Part shown: in pieces, positions 22,625 through 30,378 of the stretch
How the letters are laid out: each line of letters starts with the position of its first letter
How positions within the stretch are numbered: position 1 is the first letter of the stretch
Source of the DNA: an uncultured Pseudomonadales bacterium
GTDB lineage: Bacteria > Patescibacteriota > Microgenomatia > UBA1400 > UBA1396
Direction: 5' to 3'
Assembly (NCBI GenBank): GCA_964511175.1
Contig: CAZEEI010000004.1
Span: 27,401 to 91,400 of the forward strand
DNA length: 64,000 nucleotides
The notes under the pieces: model-generated
Database searches by the model: none
Seen by the model: only the letters and a program-made list of their open reading frames with translations
Told to the model about the DNA's origin: nothing
Position numbers and translations under genes: made by a program

Positions 22625-22969
22625 CTATTTTTTCTTCTGCACTTCGAGGGGTTGGTAAAGTTCCACATACTCTTGACTAGCAACTTGAGGGTTCTGCTTA
22701 TCACCTAAGAGTTTTATGTCTAGTTTCCTCATTTCTAACGTCTGTCTCTCTGACCAAAGCCTATCTGGCTTGAACACCCATAGTAGAACAAGAACAGTAC
22801 CCAAAACTAATGATGAATACATCCAAATCATTCCAAATCCCATCCAAACAGAGGCAGTGCTGAAAATAACATAAAACCAAATGACTATATATGCAGGACT
22901 GGATCGGGTGACAACTTGCACTAACGCACCAAAGGCTTGTAGGGATAGCTCGTTGTCTGCTTTCTCCAT
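22625..22969 (-). CDS. Small two-TM membrane protein (island gene)
   Basis: 114 aa with two hydrophobic helices (AYIVIWFYVIFSTASVWMGFGMIW / LVLGTVLVLLWVF). AT-rich. Its stop is 2 nt from the next ORF's start. Confidence 0.4.
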   Translation of the reverse strand: MEKADNELSLQAFGALVQVVTRSSPAYIVIWFYVIFSTASVWMGFGMIWMYSSLVLGTVLVLLWVFKPDRLWSERQTLEMRKLDIKLLGDKQNPQVASQEYVELYQPLEVQKKK

Positions 22970-23044
22970 ATGAATGGTATTATTATAGTATCAAACTAAT
23001 CAAAAATATACTTGATACTACACAAGTAAGTTAAATATTACTAG

Positions 23045-23968
23045 GTGAAAGTTTGTATGGCAAACAAAAGGAACTGGTTTATTGGAATTCAAAAAAGAAA
23101 TCCAGATGATGGAAAAGTCTCCTCTATATCACAGCAAAGATCAATCTCTGAAGGTGAAAAGAATAAACTTTCAAGTAACCTTGCTTTGCTAAACGAAGTT
23201 ACACAAGGATCACCCTATCATCGTTTGAATGAAAAGTATGAGGGTTTTAGTCGCCATATAGTGAAAATTATAGAGGACTCAAGAACAAAAAGATTTAATC
23301 CAAAAGATCTAGAGAGCATCTTTGAAAAATTAGACGACTTACTTTCTGCATTTAGAGCTTTTGATGATAAAACTAGCCACAAAATTTCATTAAGATATGG
23401 TAAGCAATCAAAGGAACTCTCCATTTTTAAAGAAGCTTTATCGTTTGAATTTGATAATGTATTTGCATACAGATTGTGTTCCCAGCTTAGAAACTATAGT
23501 CAGCATGCGGGCTCTCCAATAACAAATATAAAATCGCATAGTTACCTTAAAAATGATCAACCAAAATCTACTTTGAGTATCATTATGGATAGTGAGAAAT
23601 TACTAGAAGGCTATTCAAAATGGCAATCCAGAGTAAAAGAGGAGCTTAAAAAAATCAGCGGTGCTATCGATCTGGTACTCATCCTTGATGCATTAATGGC
23701 CTCATGCTCGAGAGCTTATTCTAAGTGTCTTATCAGCCAAGAGAAAGAAATTAATCAAGCTAACCAGGAAGTAATCTCTACTATAGGAGAGCTAAAAAGT
23801 GATGAATTTCCAGCAATAATGGAGTTTATCATATCTGAAAGCAATCCTAAGGAAGAGATACGGCTAAATCTTCAACAAATTAATATGTATGAACTATTGC
23901 AGATTCCAAGCTTGCTTCAGAAAGCACATTTCATCGTAGACTCCACTAGTATGAATAGGCAAAAATAA
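23045..23968 (+). CDS. Hypothetical protein with an R-x4-H (HEPN-like) motif (island cassette gene 1)
   Basis: 307 aa and AT-rich. Motif ...SQLRNYSQHAGSP. Likely start at ATG 23057, which is preceded by AGGTGA. No other recognisable domain. Confidence 0.4.
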   Translation: MKVCMANKRNWFIGIQKRNPDDGKVSSISQQRSISEGEKNKLSSNLALLNEVTQGSPYHRLNEKYEGFSRHIVKIIEDSRTKRFNPKDLESIFEKLDDLLSAFRAFDDKTSHKISLRYGKQSKELSIFKEALSFEFDNVFAYRLCSQLRNYSQHAGSPITNIKSHSYLKNDQPKSTLSIIMDSEKLLEGYSKWQSRVKEELKKISGAIDLVLILDALMASCSRAYSKCLISQEKEINQANQEVISTIGELKSDEFPAIMEFIISESNPKEEIRLNLQQINMYELLQIPSLLQKAHFIVDSTSMNRQK

Positions 23969-23973
23969 ATAAT

Positions 23974-24397
23974 ATGAAAGATCAAATCTTACTTTACCTG
24001 CAAATGTGTGATGCAGAAAAAGTTCAAACTCTGCAGCGGGGCATGAATTACCGGCTAAACCCTGACTACTCGGTTATTCTCATGTCTCAAAGAACAAACG
24101 CCCCATACAAAGTTTTTCGTTTTATTCTTGAGGAGACGGAGATTGGCTTCAAGAATAATCACCTCCATGAGAACGTTCTTAAACCTAGATCAAGAGTCAT
24201 TCCTACTGATGTGAAAAAACAGTTTGGGAAAGAGACGAAGCAGGTGCGTGATTTGTGGAGCCACAGACGAGCTACATTTTGACCATGACTTACCTTATTC
24301 AGGAGGCGACGCGAGCATAAGTGCAAGCAATGTTAAAATCCTCTGTGCAAGACATAATTTAAGCAAGTCAGATAAAATAAGCTATGAATCAAACTAA
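23974..24397 (+). pseudogene. HNH endonuclease, disrupted by a +1 frameshift at an A6 run
   Basis: Frame-1 ORF 23974..24282 (102 aa) continues after a shift at gtgAAAAAAcag (~24214-24219) into frame 2. That frame reads ...RCVICGATDELHFDHDLPYSGGDASISASNVKILCARHNLSKSDKI*, the canonical HNH CxxC...H-x-D-H...N...H-N motif. Frame 2 has no start codon of its own. Confidence 0.55.
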
Positions 24398-25292
24398 TAA
24401 TGATGAACTCTCCTCAATTAAGCCAAGTGAAGAAGGCTTGGCTCTAATGGGTTATGCTTCTGCTCTGAGACATAGATATTGGCCTCACTATACCTGGAAT
24501 ATTCAAACGAAGCAGCTTAAAGATTTCGATAACAACGATAGTTACTTTGCCCAAAATAATATTGATATAAAGCATATAAAAACCACTTTTCCAGATCTAT
24601 TTGACAAAATAAATTCTAGTTTCTATCACTTGCAAGTGCTCAAGGAAAACGAGGAGTTGATAACAGAAGTGGGAAGAAAAATAGCCCAAGCAGGTCAGGC
24701 AGACCTTCCAGCCGGAATGTTAGGGATAGCTGGCATGCTTTACGAACCAATTAATTATGAATATGAAGCTATGTTGGTTACATTAAAAAGTGCAATAGAC
24801 ATAATGGTTACTCTAGTTGCACCAATTTGTAGCTTATCTACTAACGTGGATACTCTTTCTCGACTGCTTAAAGAATCAAGGAAAACTGACAAGCCAAATG
24901 AGTTTCATAAAAAAATGAAAGCACTTTTGAAAGAAGAAAAATTCTTACCACTTTTTGAAGAGTTTCAATGGAACGGAAATACTCGATCTAAAAGAGATCA
25001 TGCGGTACACAGAGGTTCGCTTTCAACAGGAACAATAAATATCCAATACACTTCGAACGCAGATCATATTGGCGTACTAAAATCTAAAGCTGTGCCAGTA
25101 GGCGAAAAAATGACAGATATTCACACAACACCTGATCTTGATCAGTACTGCACATCACTTTTCTATTTAACTTGTGATTTCTTAGTGGATGTATTACAGC
25201 TTGTGGTAAACCGAAATCTAATACGGGGACAAAAAATGAGCATCTACGAACATCAGGTTTCATTGGCTAAAACGAAACAACCGTTGTCGTAA
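24384..25292 (+). CDS. Hypothetical protein with an R-x4-H (HEPN-like) motif (island cassette gene 3)
   Basis: 302 aa and AT-rich. Motif ...NTRSKRDHAVHRGS. Its start overlaps the HNH 3' end. Confidence 0.4.
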   Translation: MNQTNNDELSSIKPSEEGLALMGYASALRHRYWPHYTWNIQTKQLKDFDNNDSYFAQNNIDIKHIKTTFPDLFDKINSSFYHLQVLKENEELITEVGRKIAQAGQADLPAGMLGIAGMLYEPINYEYEAMLVTLKSAIDIMVTLVAPICSLSTNVDTLSRLLKESRKTDKPNEFHKKMKALLKEEKFLPLFEEFQWNGNTRSKRDHAVHRGSLSTGTINIQYTSNADHIGVLKSKAVPVGEKMTDIHTTPDLDQYCTSLFYLTCDFLVDVLQLVVNRNLIRGQKMSIYEHQVSLAKTKQPLS

Positions 25293-25564
25293 ATGGAAGC
25301 AGTAGAAGCATTTTCTTAATTTACAGCTAATGAAACCACTGCATCTCTAGTACAATAGTAGTTAAACAGGGTTTGAATAGAATCTCGAACTCTACCCCAA
25401 GTTTTTTCTTAAGTAATTTTTTGAACTTTAAATACAAGTTGGAATCATTTCGTTAAAATAGTCATATGTTCATTTTAATTAAGTTCTGACTACAACTGTA
25501 TTCCGAAATGTAAGCAGTTTATACATACATTGACTCATTGTAGGTTGTAGGCTACAATTTACAC

Positions 25565-25870
25565 ATGGAAGTTCTGAAAACGGATGCTTTCGACAAATGG
25601 TTAAGAAAATTAAAAGATCGAAAAGCAAAAGCTCGCATCCAAGTTCATTTGAACCGCTTAATTGAGGGCAAATTAGGAAAATTAAAGCCAGTCGGAGAAA
25701 GTGTATTCGAAAAGAAAATCGATTATGGCCCTGGATACAGACTCTACTTTATTAATCACCAAGAAAATGTTGTTGTACTGCTTTGCGGTGGAGATAAATC
25801 AACACAACCAAGAGATATTCAACAGGCAAAAATCATCGCTAAAGAACTAAGAGAACAAATGAAAGGATAA
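25565..25870 (+). CDS. higB: Type II toxin, RelE/ParE superfamily (HigB-like 'addiction module killer protein')
   Basis: 101 aa. ...KAKARIQVHLNRLIEGKLGKLKPVGESVFEKKIDYGPGYRLYF...VVLLCGGDKSTQPRDIQQAKIIA matches the conserved pattern of the HigB-2 / TIGR02683-like toxin. The toxin lies upstream of the antitoxin, as in hig loci. Confidence 0.7.
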   Translation: MEVLKTDAFDKWLRKLKDRKAKARIQVHLNRLIEGKLGKLKPVGESVFEKKIDYGPGYRLYFINHQENVVVLLCGGDKSTQPRDIQQAKIIAKELREQMKG

Positions 25871-25872
25871 AC

Positions 25873-26145
25873 ATGAAACTATCAAAATATAACACCACCG
25901 ATTATTTAAAAACTGATCAAGATATTAAAGAATATCTCAATGCTTCTTTTGAAACAGGAGACAGCAAACTTATCGCCAGGGCATTAGGTGATGTTGCTAA
26001 AATTAAGGGTATGAGTAAGATTTCTAAAGCTACTAAGCTGGATAGAAGTAGTTTATATTACTCTTTAACCGAACAGGGTGATCCCAGACTTAGTACAGTA
26101 ACAAAACTAATCGAAACCTTCGGCTATTCGGTTTCGGTGAATTAA
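25873..26145 (+). CDS. higA: HTH antitoxin (HigA-like 'addiction module antidote protein')
   Basis: 90 aa, starting 3 nt after the toxin stop. HTH region ...GMSKISKATKLDRSSLYYSL... typical of the HigA family. Confidence 0.65.
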   Translation: MKLSKYNTTDYLKTDQDIKEYLNASFETGDSKLIARALGDVAKIKGMSKISKATKLDRSSLYYSLTEQGDPRLSTVTKLIETFGYSVSVN

Positions 26146-26157
26146 AAGAACCAAATT

Positions 26158-26469
26158 ATGGGCGCAATGACCGAAATTAACTCCCTAGTTCGCTTTCCAG
26201 GAGATTTTAATTTTCAGACTCTACAAAAGGGTCTCCTGGTTGATCTAACACTTGAGCGGGAAAGGATTCTGCCGCTGCGCATCGCCTTATTGTATTTTCA
26301 CACCGATTGGAATTTTTTAGGTTACTGCCGCGTTTTATCACTCCGCCAAAGTGAGGGTAAAACTTACCTCAAGGTCGAAGTGTTAACTGTCTTTTCCCAA
26401 GAAGAACAAAAAGTTTACAAAAACAAATTTGTCGAAGCGGGTAGATTCACTGGAGAAGCTAAGTATTAG
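26158..26469 (+). CDS. Hypothetical protein
   Basis: 103-aa ORF following higA. No motif recognised. Confidence 0.3.
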   Translation: MGAMTEINSLVRFPGDFNFQTLQKGLLVDLTLERERILPLRIALLYFHTDWNFLGYCRVLSLRQSEGKTYLKVEVLTVFSQEEQKVYKNKFVEAGRFTGEAKY

Positions 26470-26936
26470 GTTCGGTAAATCTCAACCACTCCCGTGTCGC
26501 AGTGTAAGAAAACCAGTCTAGCTGGACCCTGGTCTAAATCCTCACCCACTATTTTAATGCCAGATTCTTGTAGCTTTTTCCTAACAATTGGTGATTTTCT
26601 CCGACTACCTACTAAAATATACCCCTCCCCAGAGAGGGTCGCTTCAAGATCTTGTAAACCCGAGTCGCCAGAAATATACAGGGCGTGTAATAGGGTATCA
26701 ATCACTTTCTCTGGTCTCATCTCCTCAGGAGCGGTGGAGAATCCGGAAATATGAGCCAACATACCCATCTTTCTACGACGATCGTAAAGAGTAATTACTA
26801 AGCAAGTGCCAACACCATCTGTCCCAATTAAATCGCTTTTTCTGCCAATTTTATAATCATCTTGATCAACAAACTTATATCTTACATGATCGTGAAAACC
26901 ATCAACTGTTCGGAATCTCTCTAAATTTGTACCCAT
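26466..26936 (-). CDS. CheD-fold (glutamine deamidase-like) protein, orphan
   Basis: ...GTDGVGTCLVITLYDRRRKMGMLAHISG... resembles the CheD Cys/His signature (G.C[VI]A[VI].L.D......G.[AM]H.M). No chemotaxis genes are present in the window. Confidence 0.35.
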   Translation of the reverse strand: MGTNLERFRTVDGFHDHVRYKFVDQDDYKIGRKSDLIGTDGVGTCLVITLYDRRRKMGMLAHISGFSTAPEEMRPEKVIDTLLHALYISGDSGLQDLEATLSGEGYILVGSRRKSPIVRKKLQESGIKIVGEDLDQGPARLVFLHCDTGVVEIYRT

Positions 26937-27024
26937 TGTGACCGTAAGCGTATGCTTAATACTAGTTTGATATTATACATCTATATAAATAATTAGAGGA
27001 TTTGCCTACTATAATTAAGCAGGT

Positions 27025-27345
27025 ATGAAACTAAATCCCAAAATCTCCCTAAACCACAAAAATCATGATCAGTTTTACCAAGAACTTAATGATGCTAAGC
27101 AAAAGGTTATCATTGGCGGTATCTATTCCCATTATAAATATCCCGAAAATACTTATCGGGTCACTGCCTTAGGTTTTACCGAAGCTACCGATGAGGTTTG
27201 TGTTATCTACCAAGCGACTTATGACCCGGATTTAGTTTTTATTAGACCAGTGTGCAGTTGGTTAGAAACTCCGCAGTGGAACGGCCAAAAAGTACCCAGA
27301 TTTAAGCTGGTAAGTAGAAAAATGGCCTATACGCCGAACTGTTAG
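27025..27345 (+). CDS. DUF1653-family protein
   Basis: GGIYSHYKYPENTYRVTALGFTEATDEVCVIYQATYDPDLVFIRPV...VPRFKLV matches the DUF1653 consensus (GxYRHYKGGxYxVLxxAxHSETxExxVVYQALY...WVRP...VPRFExV). Confidence 0.55.
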   Translation: MKLNPKISLNHKNHDQFYQELNDAKQKVIIGGIYSHYKYPENTYRVTALGFTEATDEVCVIYQATYDPDLVFIRPVCSWLETPQWNGQKVPRFKLVSRKMAYTPNC

Positions 27346-27978
27346 TTAAACACTCACTTCTTTTTGGGAAAGTGAGCCAGTAAATGAATCAATTTGCGCG
27401 GTGGTAATGTTGGCTAAATCAGTACTCACATTCTTGGCCATTAAATCTTCTAAGTGCTGTGCCGACCGCAACCTTGCCGCTAAGTTTTCCACTGGTACCC
27501 GGGCGTTTAGTTCCACAATTCTATCGCGAATCGATAAAATCCCCCGCGGCCCAATCCTCATATCACAATAGATGGGGATCAAAGACGCCAAATCATTTTC
27601 GGCAATTAACTGGTCGACATAGTGCCATTCTAAATTATCAACCAATTGTTGGGAGACATCGCTTAAGCCAATTTCCCGAAATATTTGTAGGGTAGCTTGA
27701 TGTTCGTTAGTACCAAAGTGATCGATCAAAAAACGAATATTTTGTTCTACTTGCTTAAGCTCCGATTGGGATTTAATAAACTGAGCTTGTTTAGTGATGT
27801 CAAAAGTAACTGGCTTGGCAATGTCGTGAAAGAGGAGGGTTTGAATAATCGCGGTTTGGTCGAGCGCTTGACCAGTCCACGCTGCCAGAATCAGCGAACC
27901 ACATGCCGCGGTCCGCAACATATGAATCTGGAGATTTCGGGGAGTGTAATATCGGGCGTATATTTCCTGCACTATCAT
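27346..27978 (-). CDS. HD-domain phosphohydrolase
   Basis: LLFHDIAK motif (H...HD) with downstream His/Asp residues. 210 aa. Confidence 0.55.
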   Translation of the reverse strand: MIVQEIYARYYTPRNLQIHMLRTAACGSLILAAWTGQALDQTAIIQTLLFHDIAKPVTFDITKQAQFIKSQSELKQVEQNIRFLIDHFGTNEHQATLQIFREIGLSDVSQQLVDNLEWHYVDQLIAENDLASLIPIYCDMRIGPRGILSIRDRIVELNARVPVENLAARLRSAQHLEDLMAKNVSTDLANITTAQIDSFTGSLSQKEVSV

Positions 27979-27987
27979 TTTTGTGCC

Positions 27988-28677
27988 TTACTCGTTGGGT
28001 GCCTCACCATAAATAATGATTTCTGTTCCCGGATTATCCGAACCAGTTTTGGTGGCATTGCCTTCGCCGACCACTGGACTACTCCAATAATAAATCAGTT
28101 CCGCTTGTTCGGTTTTCATATTGACGCAGCCATGGCTCATTGGGTGACCAAAGTTGGTATGCCAATAAGTGCCGTGCAAACTGAAACCTCTGGCGGCTGG
28201 AACATCGGCATTACCAAAAAACATAACAAATGGCACGTTGGGCAAGTAGTAATAAGTGTGTAGAGCTTGGCTGCCGCCGGACATTTTAGTGTAACGGAAC
28301 TTGCCCCAAATTCGGAATGTGCCGGTAGGCGTACGACCCCACTTACCGGAGGAAATTAGGAAGTCATATACTTTTTCATCGCCTTCGAAGGCGTAAAGCC
28401 TTTGATTGGTTAAATCTACTTCAATCCGCTTATTGCTTGTTTTGGCGACTTCGACCGGCTCTGGTTGAGCCAACGCCACAGCTTGCGAAACGGCTTTTTG
28501 GCCGTGGAAAGTACCAGCCGCCTGAGCTTGATCAAATTCGCCGGTGAGAACCTTAAAATCAATTGGCTGTTGGCGGTTCAGTGGCAAATCCGCGTGACGA
28601 AAGTAAAGAACACTGCCGACCGCCAACCAAAGACAAAGCAGTGTAAGACGATTCAACCAATACTGAAACTTGAGCAT
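27988..28677 (-). CDS. L,D-transpeptidase (YkuD domain) with an N-terminal TM anchor
   Basis: Catalytic motif HGT...SHGCVNM near the C-terminus and an N-terminal hydrophobic helix. Confidence 0.75.
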   Translation of the reverse strand: MLKFQYWLNRLTLLCLWLAVGSVLYFRHADLPLNRQQPIDFKVLTGEFDQAQAAGTFHGQKAVSQAVALAQPEPVEVAKTSNKRIEVDLTNQRLYAFEGDEKVYDFLISSGKWGRTPTGTFRIWGKFRYTKMSGGSQALHTYYYLPNVPFVMFFGNADVPAARGFSLHGTYWHTNFGHPMSHGCVNMKTEQAELIYYWSSPVVGEGNATKTGSDNPGTEIIIYGEAPNE

Positions 28678-28761
28678 GGTTAGGATTATGGCTGATCTTG
28701 ATCCCCTTGGTCAACTTGCATATAGTCCTATAATAATCTATAATCCACGGCTCGGAGCCAG

Positions 28762-29430
28762 ATGACTAACCTTATTGTTTATCTCATCATCCTTTTTTTC
28801 ACAATCAAGGTACCTGCAACCTTAGTGTCGCCGCTAACGGCGCCTACTCAAAGTGTGCTGGCTCAGCGGGAAATGTCTTTGGATGACCGCGCCCAGTCGC
28901 CCTATATCAATGAAGTTTTCCGCAAAAATATCCTTCTCAACTTGGCTTATTTGGACGGATCGATTCACAGTAAGAACGAAATCGACTGGGAAGCGATTGA
29001 ACAACCTAAAAGTACGGCAGTTACGCTACAGCCCCAGCAAGTGTTTGCTTATCACGACGATCTACTTGCCGAGTACCAAAGCAAAGAAGTGGTAACCACC
29101 CAAGCCCATTTTAACGCCCAAGAAGGTTTTGTCTCTTCTGGTTGGCTATACGGCGATGGTGTCTGCCATCTAGCTTCACTCATTAACTGGGCGGCTCAAG
29201 ATGCCGGTTTGGAGGTTGAGGTAACTAAGCCACACAATATTGCCTCTATTCCCAATATTCCTAAGCAGTACGGTGTGTCGATCTATATCGTCGCTGGTCA
29301 AAAAGGGTCCGGCGCTCGTAACAACCTTTACATTACCAATAACCAAAACTATCCTGTGACCTTTCAATTTGCTTACGACGAAAACCATCACCTGACTGTA
29401 TCGGTATTGTCAGCCAAACTTAGCTCCTGA
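28762..29430 (+). CDS. VanW-like protein
   Basis: N-terminal TM helix. The GDGVCHLASLINWAA motif resembles the VanW core (GGGVCQ.S.TL...A). It is divergent from the L,D-transpeptidase gene. Confidence 0.5.
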   Translation: MTNLIVYLIILFFTIKVPATLVSPLTAPTQSVLAQREMSLDDRAQSPYINEVFRKNILLNLAYLDGSIHSKNEIDWEAIEQPKSTAVTLQPQQVFAYHDDLLAEYQSKEVVTTQAHFNAQEGFVSSGWLYGDGVCHLASLINWAAQDAGLEVEVTKPHNIASIPNIPKQYGVSIYIVAGQKGSGARNNLYITNNQNYPVTFQFAYDENHHLTVSVLSAKLSS

Positions 29431-29433
29431 AGT

Positions 29434-30072
29434 TTAATTCAAAAATTGTGACCATAGGGCAAATGCCGATTGGGCTTCGCTCTTATTTACTACCACCGTT
29501 AACTCGGTGTAGGTTGAAATAATTTCCACAATGTTAATACGTTGGGTTGCCAAAACGGCCAATAAGACGTACATCGTGTTGGGAATGTCCAGATAAGAAG
29601 GAGAAAAACGCACAATAATGCCAACCGCATCCGTCAGAACCGTTTTGGGCTGAGCTTGCATGTGCTGGATAATCGCTGCCTGATAACGCTGAGCCGCTAC
29701 CACCGTAATTTCATCAACGCCTTGAGTAATCGTAAAAAAATCATTAGGTACCAGAGCAATCGCCTCCGCCATGGTATTTAGCAAGCGGAGAGTGGTTTGG
29801 GTTTTATCAAAACTCAGATCACATAGCGAAGTTTTGAGATTAAGATCACTAACTACTACTTTTGGCCGCAGAGAGGTAGTTGATTGTCTGGCCAAGCGTG
29901 ATAAAGCAACTACAATACTTGCTGATTTAACCTCTTTTTGCGTTTGCGCTTCCACGGCCGGTCGTAATTGCCTGGCCAGGGCACTATAGTTCACTATGCC
30001 AAGGTGCAAGGCTTCATTTAGTAGGTCGGAGGAGAAAATTAGTTTTTTAACCGCGTCATTTATTTTCAACAT
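29434..30072 (-). CDS. Hypothetical protein, possibly a tandem ACT-like regulatory fold
   Basis: 212 aa with two beta-alpha-beta-like repeats (IVVALSRL..., IVEIISTYTELTVVV). No catalytic motif. Confidence 0.3.
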   Translation of the reverse strand: MLKINDAVKKLIFSSDLLNEALHLGIVNYSALARQLRPAVEAQTQKEVKSASIVVALSRLARQSTTSLRPKVVVSDLNLKTSLCDLSFDKTQTTLRLLNTMAEAIALVPNDFFTITQGVDEITVVAAQRYQAAIIQHMQAQPKTVLTDAVGIIVRFSPSYLDIPNTMYVLLAVLATQRINIVEIISTYTELTVVVNKSEAQSAFALWSQFLN

Positions 30073-30193
30073 ATTAACTTTTTGTTATATTTCTAACATT
30101 TTTTCTTAAACAGTACTATATCACTAATTATTTGCTAGCTTGAGCCGCATGCGTAAAATAACCACTGGTTACGATTAGGATTAGGAGGTAACC

Positions 30194-30373
30194 ATGAGTT
30201 TTATTGGTAGTACTTGTCAAATCTGCGACGCTACCGTGCCTCTGCCCAGCGATGTACAGGTTTCAGAAATGTTAACCTGTCCCGATTGCGGCTGTAGTCT
30301 GGTAGTGGCGGAAATTTCTCGCGGTGGTGTGCGTTTAGAGGAAACGCCAGAGGTAGAAGAAAATCAAGAATAG
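30194..30373 (+). CDS. lysW: LysW/ArgW-like amino-group carrier protein (59 aa; below the ORF-track length cutoff)
   Basis: MSFIGSTCQICDATVPLPSDVQVSEMLTCPDCGCSLVVAEISRGGVRLEETPEVEENQE has two CxxC pairs forming a zinc ribbon and an acidic C-terminal tail ending in Glu. A strong RBS (AGGAGGT) lies 4 nt upstream. Confidence 0.5.
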   Translation: MSFIGSTCQICDATVPLPSDVQVSEMLTCPDCGCSLVVAEISRGGVRLEETPEVEENQE

Positions 30374-30378
30374 GCCAA

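Noticed and set aside
25293-25564. tRNA-like fragment (cagggtttgaatagaatctcgaactctacccc) as a possible att-site remnant of tRNA-His
   Set aside because: It does not match the tRNA-His 3' end (GGTTCAAGTCCGGTCTATCACC). It cannot fold into a T-arm with an acceptor stem. It was kept only as AT-rich promoter DNA for higBA.
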